Positions 37,901 to 49,836 of a stretch of 64,000 nt of DNA are shown here, in pieces. The stretch is from positions 7,933 through 71,932 of the forward strand of contig NIVC01002923.1 of NCBI GenBank assembly GCA_002269645.1, given 5' to 3'. The DNA comes from Macrostomum lignano (lineage: Eukaryota). Below the pieces are notes generated by a model. That model made no database searches. It was not told the origin of the DNA and was given only the letters and a program-made list of their open reading frames with translations. The translations under genes and the position numbers were made by a program. Position 1 is the first letter of the stretch. The number at the start of each line of letters is the position of its first letter.

Positions 37901-40900
37901 AGCTCAGTTAATTACGCTCTAGTCTTTTGAAGCGGACAAATAGTTACTTCTATTTTCTAATGTCGGTTTCCTGTGTGGTCATGCGCGCGCACACTTTATG
38001 TTGTTGTCAAACATAAATGTATGCTTTAATTAACAGTAAGCGTTAACAGTAAGCTACCTTCACCTGAGACAGAGAGAGAGCACTGATGCTATCTTTCTCG
38101 TCTGGTATATTTAGAATCGTTAGTATTCTTATGAATTTTTTATTTTGGTATATTTTCTACATTCTGGTTATTTTACTTTTTTGGTTACTCACAGTAGCAG
38201 GAAACGGCGTCGTGCTCCTATATTTTAATATTTACCTTAAAATCAGTGTCTACTTTTATTATTCATCTGTGGCGAGTGTGTGGTTCTGAAATCGTCTTTA
38301 TCTGACTGTGTTGTATTGCTTCCTTGATGCATTTCACTGAAATATAATAGATTATAATTATTATTCTTAATTAGAACTTACATTTTATCGCCAATTATTT
38401 AATTTTTCCAGCCGACAGCCAGGCCAGCATTGAGTGCAGGCAGCCGATTCTGGACGGCGGCAATCAGAAGCGAGACTGTGACTTTGATGTGAGTCATTGT
38501 GGCTTTGTGGCTATGTAGCTAATCCCTGTAACCATAAAGATAATCATGCAGCTGATCCCTGTGACCATAGAGATAATCATGTAGCTAATTCCTGTGACCA
38601 TAGAGATAATCATGTAGCTAATCCCTGTGACCATAGAGATAATCATGCAGCTGATCCCTGTGACCATAGAGATAATCATGCAGCTGATCCCTGTGACCAT
38701 AGAGATAATCATGCAGCTGATCCCTGTGACCATAGAGATAATCATGCAGCTGATCCCTGTGACCATAGAGATAATCATGCAGCTGATCCCTTTGACCATA
38801 GAGATAATCATGTAGCTAATCCCTGTGACCATAGAGATAATCATGTAGCTAATCCCTGTGACCATAGAGATAATCATGTAGCTAATCCCTGTGACCATAG
38901 AGATAATCATGCAGCTAATCCCTGTGATCATAGAGATAATCATGCAGCTAATCCCTGTGATCATAAAAATATATTCCCCCGGACCGCAACACCGCCAGCC
39001 GGAGCCGCAGTGTGCGGACGAGACCTGCCAGTCTCCACCGCCGCCGCCGCCAACAACGCTGACCCGCTCGCCAACCTCCGAGCTCGCCGACGCCCTGGCA
39101 GCCCCGGACGGTCCCAGCCTTCGGCGAGTCACTTCGCTGCGTCAACGTCGCCTGCTCGACTTCTTCCTAGTGATGGCCGTCTGCAACTCTGTGGTTGTGT
39201 CGATTGACCAGCCGGCCTCGGAGTCGGCCGCCGATTCCACGGCCACTTCCGCTACTTCAGTTGACAGCGCCGTCAAACGATGGAAACGCCAGGTTTGGCG
39301 CCGAAAAGCGCCGCCGGCTGCGTCGTCGGAATTGTCGGCCTCGGCTGCGGTGGCGGCGTCTGCAGCGCCGACGCCGTCGTTGACGCCGTCGCCGACCCCG
39401 CCAACACCGCTGGTGCTGGAGACCGATCAGCTGTCAGCTGGCACGCCGGAGCCGTGTCGGTACACGGACGCCGAGCTGACCAAGGCCTACGTGGCCGAGA
39501 GTCCAGACGAAGCCGCCCTGGTCCGGGCCGCGTGCCGCAGCGGCTGCAAGCTGGTGCAGCGGGACGCCGACTCCTGCCTGGTCTGGCTGCCAGCCGACGG
39601 TCACGTCCGCCTGCCGCTGCTCTGCGTTATGCCGTTCGACGCCGACCGGAAGCGGATGTCGGTGCTAGTGAGGGACCCGGCCACCAACCGGCCAATGCTG
39701 CTAACTAAAGGTGCCGATTGCGCTGTGCTGGACCGGCTCCGGCCGTCCGACCCGGCTGATACGGACTCGGACGCTGACCGGGTGCTGCTGCTCACCCGGC
39801 TTCACATGGAACAGTACTCCGTGGCCGGCCTGCGCACCCTGTGTCTGGCTGTCCGCTACCTGGACGAGGCCGAGTACGCCGATTGGCTGGCCGAGTACAC
39901 CCTGGCTCAGCGGCGCATCCAGGGCCGGGAGGCCGCGATGGCACGGGCGTTCGACCGGTTAGAGGCCGGTCTGGAGCTGCTGGGCGCCACCGGCGTCGAG
40001 GACCGGCTGCAGGAGGGCGCTGCGGACACCGTGGCCGCGCTGCGAGAGGCCGGCATCAGCGTCTGGGTGCTCACCGGAGACAAGCAGGAAACTGCCGTGC
40101 AGGTGCGAGACCGTCTGGACAGGCATATTGAGTCTTTTGAGTCTGGACAGGCATATTGAGTCTTTTGAGTCTGGACAGGCATATTGAGTCTTTTGAGCCT
40201 GGACAGGCATATTGAGTCTTTTGAGCCTGGGCGGGCATATTGAGTCTTTTGAGCCTGGGCGGGCATATTGAGTCTTTTGAGCCTGGGCGGGCATGTTGAG
40301 TCTTTGAGTCTAGGCGGGCATTGAGAATTTTGCCCCCCACATAGTCAGCTTAGCCCTGTTTGTACAAGCTGTATACAGCTCTTGGATACGCCTCGCAGCT
40401 GCTGCAGTCAACGGTTTAAATGGTACTGCAGTCAGAGGGGATGTGAATGATACTGCAGTCAGAGGGGATGTGAATGATACTGCAGTCAGAGGGGATGTGA
40501 ATGATACTGCAGTCAGAGGGGATGTGAATGATACTGCAGTCAGAGGGGATGTGAATGATACTGCAGTCAGAGAGGATGTGAATGATACTGCAGTCAAGGG
40601 GATGTGAATGATACTGCAGTCAAGGGGATGTGAATGATACTGCAGTCAGAGGGGATTTGAATGATACTGCAGTCAGAGGGGATGTGAATGATACTGCAGT
40701 CAGAGAGGATGTGAATGATACTGCAGTCAAGGGGATGTGAATGATACTGCAGTCAGAGGGGATGTGAATGATACTGCAGTCAAGGGGATGTGAATGATAC
40801 TGCAGTCAGAGGGGATGTGAATGATACTGCAGTCAAGGGGATGTGAATGATACTGCAGTCAAGGGGATGTGAATGATAGTGCAGTCAGTGGGAATGTGAA

Positions 40901-43900
40901 TTTTGCAATCGATACTGTATTGGTATTGTTAAACTGCAGGTATCGCAGATCACTAGGCAGAATTGTGCCAGCCCAGAGAGCTAGTGATACTAAGAGTTAG
41001 GTCTGCTGTTTGCCTATACTCCGAACAGTAGAGTGACTAAAACTCAACACTCACTCTCAGGTCGGCCATGCCTGCCGCCTGCTCACCGAAGGCCAACAGC
41101 TGTTGACGCTGGTCGCGGATTCTCCCGCCGAGGCTGGCGACCGGGTTCGCCGCTGGCTTCGCGAACTGGACGTGGCCTACAGGCCGGCCTATCAGATCCG
41201 GCAGCGTCGGGCTCGGCCAGCTGTACGCGACGGCGTCGCCCTGGTGCTGGACGGCCGGGCACTGCGCCACTGCCTAGACGAGTTGGTCAGCTGCGATTTC
41301 CTACTGCTAGCTGAGCAGTGCTCAAGCGTGCTCTGCTGCCGGACTACGCCTAGCCAAAAGGCCGCCGTGGTCGGCCTGGTCAAGGAGAGCCTCGGCATGC
41401 AGACTCTGGCCATCGGCGACGGCGCCAACGATGTCAGCATGATCCAGACGGCCGACATTGGCGTCGGCATCTCCGGCCAGGAGGGCATGCAGGCCGTCAT
41501 GGCTGCCGACTTTTCTCTGGCTAGGTTTCGCTTTTTAAAGAAGCTGCTGCTAGTGCACGGGCACTGGTGCTACGACCGGCTGGCTAGGATGTCTCTGTAC
41601 CTGTTCTACAAGAACTGCGTCTATATTATGATGCTGTTCTGGTATCAGCTTTTCAATGGCTTTAGCGGACAGGTAGGTACAATATGGCTGGCTTTATTTG
41701 AGTGTGTGAATTGATTTTTCCGGTTTCGCATAATATTAGTTTGAATAAATATTGAAACGTTTCGAAATATCAGTTAACAAATGTTTAATGAATATCGAAG
41801 TTAACTGCTGCAGAAGCAGAAAAAGCAGTTGTTGCAAGCAGCAATAGAATTCAGATTTTAGCAATGTTGCAGAAGCAGGTATTAACAATGTTGCAGAAGA
41901 ATTCATTAGCATTGTTGCAGAAGAATTCATTAGCATTGTTGCAGAAGAAGACATTAGCATTGTTGCAGAAGAAGTCATTAGCATTGTTGCAGAAGCAGAT
42001 ATCAGCAATCTTGCAGAAAAAGTCATTAGCATTGTTGCAGAAGAAGTCATTAGCATTGTTGCAGAAGAAGACATTAGCAATGTTGCAGAAGACATTAGCA
42101 TTGTTGCAGAAGAAGACATTAGCATTGTTGCAGAAGCAGATATTAGCAATGTTGCAAAAGAAAACCATTAGCAATGTTGCAGAAAAAATCATAAGAATTG
42201 TTGCAGAAGAAGACATTAGCAAGATTTTAAAACCCAACCTGGGTCCCAAAAACAGGTAAACATCGGCCAGGTGTACCAGATCTGTTTCAATCTAACTATG
42301 ACGTCACTGGGCCCGCTAGTTATCGGCATATTGGACAGGCACCTGAGCGCAGAGATTCTCATGGCTAATCCGGTGCTGTACACGGACGCTCAGAATTGCC
42401 GCAGCTATCTGCCCTGGCATTTCTGGCTCAACATACTAGACGCTGTTTGGCAATCTCTTGTCGTCTTCTTTGTTGCCTATCTCGGCGCTATGGATACGGA
42501 CTGCGGCATTTGGAGCTTCGGCGACACCGTGGTCAGCGCCGGGGTCATCACCGCTGTGGCGCACAACGCGCTGGAGGTGCGCGGCTGGACCGGCCTGCAC
42601 TGGTTTGCGCTGCTGGGTGAGTTGGGCTTCGCTTGGCGTAGCTGACAGCTTTCCGGGCTTGTGTATGGGTGCCTAGTTAATACAGGTTATGGTAGGCGTG
42701 CTTCTGCGTTTGTTAGGATTCTAGATTGATGAAGAATCTGCTTTTATGGGGATTATGAGTTGATAAGGATTATGAGTTGATAGGGATTATGAGTTGTTAG
42801 GTAATATGAGTTGATAAGGATTATGAGTTGTTAGGTAATATGAGTTGATAAGGATTATGAGTTGATAAGGATTATGAGTTGATAGCGATTATGAGTTGAT
42901 AAGGATTATGAGTTGATAAGGATTATGAGTTGATAAGGATTATGAGTTGATAGGTATTGAGTTGATAAGGATTGTGAGTTGATAAGGATTATGAGTTGAT
43001 AGAGATTATGAGTTGATAGGGATTTTGAGTTGATAAGGATTATGAGTTGATAGGTATTGAGTTGATAAGGATTGTGAGTTGATAAGGATTATGAGTTGAT
43101 AGAGATTATGAGTTGATAGGGATTTTGAGTTGATAAGGATTATGAGTGGATAAGGATTATGAGTTGATAAGGATTATGAGTAGATAAGGATTATGAGTTG
43201 ATAGGTATTGAGTTGATAGGGATTGTGAGTTGATAGGGATTATGAGTTGATAGGGATTATGAGTTGATAAGGATTATGAGTAGATAAGGATTATGAGTTG
43301 ATAGGTATTGAGTTGATAGGGATTGTGAGTTGATAGGGATTGAGTTGATAAGGATTATGAGTTGATAAGGATTATGAGTAGATAAGGATTATGAGTTGAT
43401 AGGGATTATGAGTTGATAAGGATGAGTTATGAGTTGATACCTATCCTAAGAGTTGATAGGTATTGAGTTGATAGGGATTGTGAGTTGATAGGGATTGTGA
43501 GTTGATAGGAATTATGAGTTGATAAGGATTATGAGTTGATAGGGATTGTGAGTTGATAGGGATTGTGAGTTGATAGGGATTATGAGTTGATAAGGATTAT
43601 GAGTTGATAGGGATTGTGAGTTGATAGGGATTGTGAGTTGATAGGGATTATGAGTTGATAGGCATTATGAATTGATAAGGATTATGAGTTGATAGGGATT
43701 ATGAGTTGATAGGGATTATGAGTTGATAAGGATTATGAGTTGATAGGGATTGTGAGTTGATAGGGATTGTGAGTTGATAGGGATTGTGAGTTGATAGGGA
43801 TTGTGAGTTGATAGGGATTATGAGTTGATAGGCATTATGAATTGATAAGGATTATGAGTTGATAGGGATTGAGTTGATAGGGATTATGAGTTGATAGGGA

Positions 43901-45696
43901 TTATGAGTTGATAAGGATTATGAGTTGATAGGGATTGTGAGTTGATAGGGATTGTGAGTTGATATGGATTTTGAGTTTTATATAGTAGGGACTCTGAGTT
44001 AATACAATTTATTTAATTGATTGAATTTCTCAGCCAATTAAGATTCTGGATTGATGATGAGGAATCTGTTGGATGTTCCGCTGCTCAAGCACCCAAAAAA
44101 TGGCGATCGCTTAAATCCCCATTTCATCTTTTCCTTTTCGTACAACAGGTAGCCCTCTAATCGCCTGGTTCGCCTTCGCCATCGTGCTAAACCTGGTCTG
44201 CACCAACTGCCTGCACCCGGACAACCCCTATTACGTAATTGTGCACGGCCTGACCACCGCCCGGTTCTGGCTGCCCCAGCTGCTGGCCCCGGTGCTGGCG
44301 CTCACGCCCAGGCTGTGCGTGCGCGCCTATCGGAACACTACGCGCTCGAATCTGACTGCCCAGGTCTGGCCCTAAAGGGGGGTGGCGCTAATTAATAGTA
44401 CTTAAGTTAGACACCTAACTGAGCAGTCGATGTAGAGACAGTCATCACAGATACTATAAATAGATGGGTCCGCGACATTTCACTGCCCCAATGTGACTGG
44501 TGATCCTAACCATAATAATAATTTAATAATAATTGATTACACCTGCCCCAATTGGGCCAGATGTGCAACCGACAGCTCAGCCGCAGCCATTGCGCGGCGC
44601 ATCTGAAGGCTGCGTACGGCTGTTCAGTCCAAGGGTCGCCACACACAGCCTCAATTACCCCAGCTAATGCTGGCACCCATTTTACAGCTGGGTGAACTGA
44701 AGCAATGCAGAGTTAAGTCTCTTACTCAAGGACACAAATTGTTCCTAGTGGGTCGAGAATCGAACCCCCGACCTTTCAGTCGTGAGTCCGACTCTCTTAA
44801 CCACATAGGCTGCAACCCCGTCTTTCAGTTCAGTAGAAGCATCTTAATGTACTTTAGGACAAGAATTTCAAGACTTTTCACGCTAAATGAGTGCCGATAC
44901 CTCGAGGCACAGAGGGTGTACACCCCGTGTGAGCGGTGCCTGTGAATGTATATCCGTCTGTATGCTTAGAGTTCAGCAAAAATAGGCAATTATTCCCCGG
45001 CTCTCTCATCAGGCTTTGCGCCATCAGTCATCGGCCGCGTCCACTCGTTCTACCAAGCCCGCCTGGCTTCTATCGCCGTCGGCTGCGACTCGCCGTCGAA
45101 ACGGCGGCGGCAGCAGCGGTGACGCTGTCGAATTGGCCACCGCTGGCAACTTCGACGGAGCGGCGGTGGCCACCGGAGCCGCTGGCATCATCTCTGTTGG
45201 CGGCGAAGTCGGCCTATCGACCAGCAGCGACCCGCACCGACTGCCGCTGCAAACTCGGCCGCGGACTTTTCCGGGCCCGCCGCCTACGGCTGCCGCTCTC
45301 ACAGCGCTGTCGTCTCGCAGTCTGTCGTTTTTAGTCCGCGGCAACGGCAGCGGCGTCGGGGGCGGTCGTCGGGTTCGAACTCGAAGCGCCTCTTCGGCGG
45401 CGGCAACGGCGGCTGCTGGACGCCGGGCCAGCTGGCGTCATCGCAGCAGCGCAGGCGGCAACGGCGCCGACTGGCCGATCGCGCTTGACGGAGCGGCCAC
45501 GGCCCCGCCTCAGCGCCGCAGTAAAAGCGTTTGCTCCCGTCCTGCTGCCGCTGCCTCCGCCACCGCTACTCCGGCCACTGCTGCCGCCCCCGCAGCCGCT
45601 GCAGCCGTTGTCTCCTCGGACGACAGCGCGGCTACCATGTGCGACTCCGGCAGTGACAGCTGCGGCGCCGTTCCCTGCACCACAACCAGATGCTGA
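27258..45696 (+). CDS. ATP10: P4-type phospholipid-transporting ATPase (flippase), ATP10-like, 12 exons, about 1457 aa
   Basis: Exons 27258-27854, 30660-30739, 31356-31468, 34865-34996, 35081-35211, 35483-35750, 38412-38488, 38999-40102, 41061-41672, 42256-42616, 44149-44363 and 45013-45696. All are GT-AG and phase-consistent, 4374 nt in total. Motifs: [109 protein letters not shown]. The start, exon 7 and the last exon are the least certain. Confidence 0.93.
28195..28460 (-). mobile_element. tRNA-derived SINE family B copy, with a 38-bp head segment repeated about 3 times
   Basis: Shares CACACAGGGTGTACAGCGGCCCT..CATGTACAC..GGGGGTTGGCCCTC with 51930-52210 and 63325-63555. B-box GGTTTGATTCC is on the minus strand. 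Confidence 0.7.
29520..29856. repeat. 41-bp minisatellite (44-bp variants) in ATP10 intron 1
   Basis: About 8 copies of CAGCTTCTACCCTTGCATCGGTGCAACCTGAGGTCATTGAG. Confidence 0.95.
31690..31990. repeat. (TCTG)n microsatellite
   Basis: Direct observation; source of the VCLS/RQTD ORFs. Confidence 0.97.
32530..34765. repeat. Compound minisatellite of 28-34 bp units sharing the core CAGATCCTCAG, in ATP10 intron 3
   Basis: Successive unit types; source of the 500-aa repeat ORFs. Confidence 0.97.
35840..36122 (-). mobile_element. tRNA-headed CORE-like SINE family A copy
   Basis: A/B boxes on the minus strand (GTAGCCTATGTGG; GGTTCGATTC). Near-identical to 44540-44815 and the reverse complement of 58580-58875 and 59467-59758. 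Confidence 0.88.
36950..37800. repeat. 29-bp minisatellite (GGCAGACTCAGGGACTGAGTGAGCGGATA)n with 32-bp variants
   Basis: About 28 tandem units. Confidence 0.97.
38510..38965. repeat. 33-bp minisatellite filling ATP10 intron 7
   Basis: (ATCCCTGTGACCATAGAGATAATCATGCAGCTG)n. Confidence 0.97.
40113..40320. repeat. 28-bp minisatellite starting just after the exon 8 donor
   Basis: (TCTGGACAGGCATATTGAGTCTTTTGAG)n. Confidence 0.93.
40425..40885. repeat. 27-bp minisatellite (TACTGCAGTCAGAGGGGATGTGAATGA)n
   Basis: Direct tandem copies. Confidence 0.95.
41865..42225. repeat. 24-bp minisatellite (TTGCAGAAGAAGACATTAGCATTG)n in ATP10 intron 9
   Basis: Direct tandem copies. Confidence 0.93.
42745..43980. 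repeat. 17-bp minisatellite (GGATTATGAGTTGATAA)n in ATP10 intron 10
   Basis: About 70 units. Confidence 0.97.
44520..44815 (-). mobile_element. SINE family A copy with (TAA)-rich tail
   Basis: Near-identical to 35840-36122. Confidence 0.88.
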
Positions 45697-45814
45697 CGGC
45701 TGACTGGCTGATTTGAGAGCTTGATTGATTCATTCATTAACTAAAGTGTTATTAAATCAACCGATACTTTAGCTAAATGGCTTTCACTTCTAAGTAGCTG
45801 CTCGACTGTCTCTT

Positions 45815-46545
45815 GTCCTTCAGCAGCTGCCTCACCGCCTCCATCTTGTCCTTCAACGGCTGCCCCCACCGCCTCCATCTTGTCCCTCAGCGGCTGCCCC
45901 CAACGCCTCCATCTTGTCCCTCAGCGGCTGCCCCCAACGCCTCCATCTTGCCCCTCAGCGGCTGCCCCAACGCCTCCATCTTGTCCCTCAGCGGCTGCCC
46001 CCAACGCCTCCATCTTGTCCCTCAGCGGCTGCCCCCAACGCCTCCATCTTGTCCCTCAGCGGCTGCCCCCAACGCCTCCATCTTGTCCCTCAGCGGCTGC
46101 CCCAACGCCTCCATCTTGTCCCTCAGCGGCTGCCCCACCGCCCCCATCTTGTCCCTCAGCGGCTGCCCTACCGCCCCCATCTTGTCCCTCAGCGGCTGCC
46201 CCAACGCCTCCATCTTGTCCCTCAGCGGCTGCCCTACCGCCCCCATCTTGTCCCTCAGCGGCTGCCCCCAACGCCTCCATCTTGTCCCTCAACGGCTGCC
46301 CCCAACGCCTCTATCTTGTCCCTCAGCGACTGCCCCCAACACCTCCATCTTGTCCCTCAGCAGCTGCCCCCAACGCCTCCATCTTGTCCCTCAGCGGCTG
46401 CCCCCAACGCCTCCATCTCGTCCCTCAGCGGCTGCCCCCAACGCCTCTATCTTGTCCCTCAGCGACTGCCCCCAACACCTCCATCTTGTCCCTCAGCGGC
46501 TGCCCCCAACGCCTCCATCTTGTCCCTCAGCGGCTGCCCCACCGC
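45815..46545. repeat. 34-bp minisatellite (CCATCTTGTCCCTCAGCGGCTGCCCCCAACGCCT)n, array 1
   Basis: Direct tandem copies. Confidence 0.97.
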
Positions 46546-47357
46546 CCCTATATTCCTTGAGATACAGCTCTGTAATTTATTGATTTGCAGACTAACATAA
46601 CGGAAATTTCACAAATACCCAGACTCAATGCTTTCCATACCAAACCGATAAGTTCGCTAACGTATTCATATTGAAATGTTTTATTAGCTCAGACAGTCGC
46701 ACATTTCTGTTAGCGCAATATCCAAGACACTATGGTGCATTCTGTATTATTTATTATTCATTTATTCAATTTGACAATTATATCACACTTTCAACACACT
46801 CTACTCAATATTATTATTACCATTAGGTTTCTATAATCAGCATTTGTGTTTGCATCAGTGCATTCTGTTTATAACCCTGTAATTGTTAGAGTTTATACCT
46901 ATTGTCTTGTCTCGTATGCGTCTTAGCTTATGTATAAATAATATGTACTTCTATTACTCTGTATTACTATTACTATACTAATTAATGCACAATCGCACAG
47001 ACTTAATAATTCCCACAATTATTAATTATTGCTACGGAAACCGCACCTGTTTAGATGTAAATGCATATATGATTGAAGATATTATTTTTATTACCTTTTT
47101 GTTTCTTCTCACAGCCGGAGTTGAGAAGGCTGGAATAGCTGGCGCGGCTGTCTAACCGGATGCTTTGTTAAATTAGCTTTTCTTACCGTGATTACTGCAA
47201 TCATATTGTATTATTATTAACTTCTTTGTGGTACGCTTGTACTATTTTACAAGTATTTTCTATTCTATTCGAGACAGTTGTGTACTTTTAGATAATTGGC
47301 GGTTTGTGTATTGTACTACACATGATGCTTTCTTTGTTCATTGATTTTTAGCATACT

Positions 47358-47680
47358 GTGCCAGCCTGGGGTTGCCAGCTTGGGGGTTGCCAGCTTGAGG
47401 GTTGCCAGCTTGGGGGTTGCCAGCTTGGGGGTTGCCAGCTTGGGGTTGCCAGCTTGAGGGTTGCCAGCTTGAGGGTTGCCAGCTTGGGGGTTGCCAGCTT
47501 GGGGTTGCCAGCTTGGGGTTTGTCAGCTGGAGGGTTGCCAGCTTGGGGGTTGCCAGCTTGAGGGTTCTGCCAGCTTGAGGGTTCTGCCAGCTTGAGGGTT
47601 CTGCCAGCTTGAGGGTTCTGCCAGCTTGAGGGTTGCCAGCTTGAGGGTCCAGCTTTGGGGTTTTGGAGCTGCCAGCTTGA
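47358..47680. repeat. 15-16 bp minisatellite (GGGTTGCCAGCTTGAG)n
   Basis: Direct tandem copies. Confidence 0.93.
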
Positions 47681-48324
47681 AAATGTCTAGTTTAGGACTG
47701 CCAGCCAGAGTATTTCTACTTGTAATTGCCTCAAGCATTATCAGTGCAGCGCAGTCCCTGGCTCAGTGTGTAGGCAATGTGTATCGCATATTAATTTTGC
47801 TCTTTCATTTAGCAAATCTATTCTATCAGTTTTATTCTATACGCAATATTTCTCAGAGCTAAAAAATAGTATTTCCAGAGCTCATTAGCGGCCAGTCAAT
47901 GACATGGGCATCACGCCTGGTAGCAGTCTTTGCGTATTCTATATAATGCCCTTTTGGGGCTTTTTAAAACTTTGTTTCTGATCTTTTTAACACAGAAAGT
48001 AACCGTTTTGTTTACTTTTTATTGACAGTTATTTTTCATCGATAAGTACCCCATGTACTTTTTTTTGGCTTCACCGGCACCAGCTGGTGGAGCTCGGTAG
48101 AGTTTGGTTGGATGATGCTTTTTAGTCTGTCATTCCGGCAGTTTGTGTTTTTACATAAATTTAACTGATGAAAAATACAATTCCGCATATATCTATTATA
48201 CTGTGTTCAGAACTCCTGAAATGCTTTCGATGAGCACTAAGAATGCAACGAATACTGATAAGATCAATTTCTGCGGTTCTTTGCTGCTCGCGCTTCATTT
48301 ATTTGCTACTTCACCACCGCCCAC

Positions 48325-48905
48325 CGCCTCCACGTTGTTCCTCAGCAGCTGCCCCCAACGCCTCCATCTTGATCCTCAGCAGCTGCTCCACCGCCTCCAT
48401 CTTGTCCCTCAGCGGCTGCCCCCAACGCCTCCATCTTGTCCCTCAGCGGCTGCCCCCAACGCCTCCATCTTGTCCCTCAGCGGCTGCCCCCAACACCTCC
48501 ATCTTGTCCCTCAGCGGCTGCCCCCAACGCCTCCATCTTGTCCCTCAGCGGCTGCCCCCAACGCCTCCATCTTGTCCCTCAGCGGCTGCCCCCAACACCT
48601 CCATCTTGTCCCTCAGCGGCTGCCCCCAACGCCTCCATCTTGTCCCTCAGCGGCTGCCCCCAACGCCTCCATCTTGTCCCTCAGCGGCTGCCCCAACGCC
48701 TCCATCTTGTCCCTCAGCGGCTGCCCCCAACGCCTCCATCTTGTCCCTCAGCGGCTGCCCCAACGCCTCCATCTTGTCCCTCAGCGGCTGCCCCCAACGC
48801 CTCCATCTTGTCCCTCAGCGGCTGCCCCCAACACCTCCATCTTGTCCCTCAGCGGCTGCCCCCAACACCTCCATCTTGTCCCTCAGCGGCTGCCCCCAAC
48901 ACCTA
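48325..48905. repeat. 34-bp minisatellite, array 2 (same unit and orientation as 45815-46545)
   Basis: Direct tandem copies. Confidence 0.97.
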
Positions 48906-49241
48906 GTCCTAGTTCAAAAATTTTATGTCGTTAATTGCGCAGCAGAAAATGCCAAGTGTGGTTTTATTTTATTAAAATGAGATTTATCGCTATTTAGCTT
49001 TTACTTTCAGCATTTTTCACACTAATATTAAATTAGCTGCAATTAAATATAAATTATAGCGATTATATGTAGTAAAGCTATACTACCAACTCAGCTGATA
49101 TTTTACTGCGCAATATGTGATGACATTTACTGCACTCTAGTATGTATATATTGTACACAATCGCAGAGCCAAGAAGAGAGCAGTAATCATTATCTGACAA
49201 TCGCCAAGGCTCTTGAGAAAATACGAATCAGCAGCGCAACT

Positions 49242-49454
49242 ATGCGAGTCCTTCAGCTCTGCCTGTTTCTGTGCGTCCTCTGCTCGGCCGTCCTGGCGAG
49301 ACCGCCGCCTATGGAAAGACCGTATTCTGCCGGCACGCAGGGCGCCGGCGACGGCAAGATCATCGTCTGTATGGATTCGCCCCTGCAGACGGTGACAGAT
49401 AGACCTCCACTCACTCCTCCTTCTTGGCCAAGGCCTGGCCGGAGGACTGACTGA
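49242..49454 (+). CDS. Small secreted protein or candidate amidated neuropeptide precursor, 70 aa
   Basis: ATG start, signal-peptide-like MRVLQLCLFLCVLCSAVLA, GC-rich codons in an AT-rich context, C-terminal PPSWPRP-G-RR, and two AATAAA at 49514 and 49523. Confidence 0.6.
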   Translation: MRVLQLCLFLCVLCSAVLARPPPMERPYSAGTQGAGDGKIIVCMDSPLQTVTDRPPLTPPSWPRPGRRTD

Positions 49455-49836
49455 CTGACTTGAGAGTTCGAAACGACTTGTTAAAGACGTCTTGAACAGA
49501 TTAATCGGATATCAATAAATATAATAAAGCATTGAAGATTTTTTTCTACAAGCAAAGGGTATAATAATACATGTACAAAGTATAATACAATTCCAGGTAA
49601 TTAATTTCGCGGCGAATATCAGTTCGAAGTCGACTCGGCGATATGAATTCGAATCAGATTGTAGTATGGTAGTCAGGTACTGCAAAGCAAGCTATTGCGG
49701 TTGATTGTAGGGGCATAGGCACACTGAATCCTGCACAACTGTGCTTATCGCGTGTGGTCCCATCTTCAACTCCCAGACTGCCAATAAAGCTTATCAATCA
49801 GTTCTCAGACTGCCAGCCACCTCCAGTCGGCAGTTC

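Noticed and set aside
38494-39207. Cys/His-rich repeat ORF (PCDHRDNH)n resembling a metal-binding protein
   Set aside because: Antisense translation of the 33-bp intronic repeat plus the shadow of ATP10 exon 8. The sense frame has stops, so intron retention is not coding.
47101-47152. Strong acceptor followed by GVEKAGIAGAAV* as an alternative last ATP10 exon
   Set aside because: No compatible upstream donor was found, and the segment is too short to support.
45813-48980. ORFs of 150-260 aa (QRLHLVPQRLPP..)
   Set aside because: Translations of the 34-bp minisatellite.
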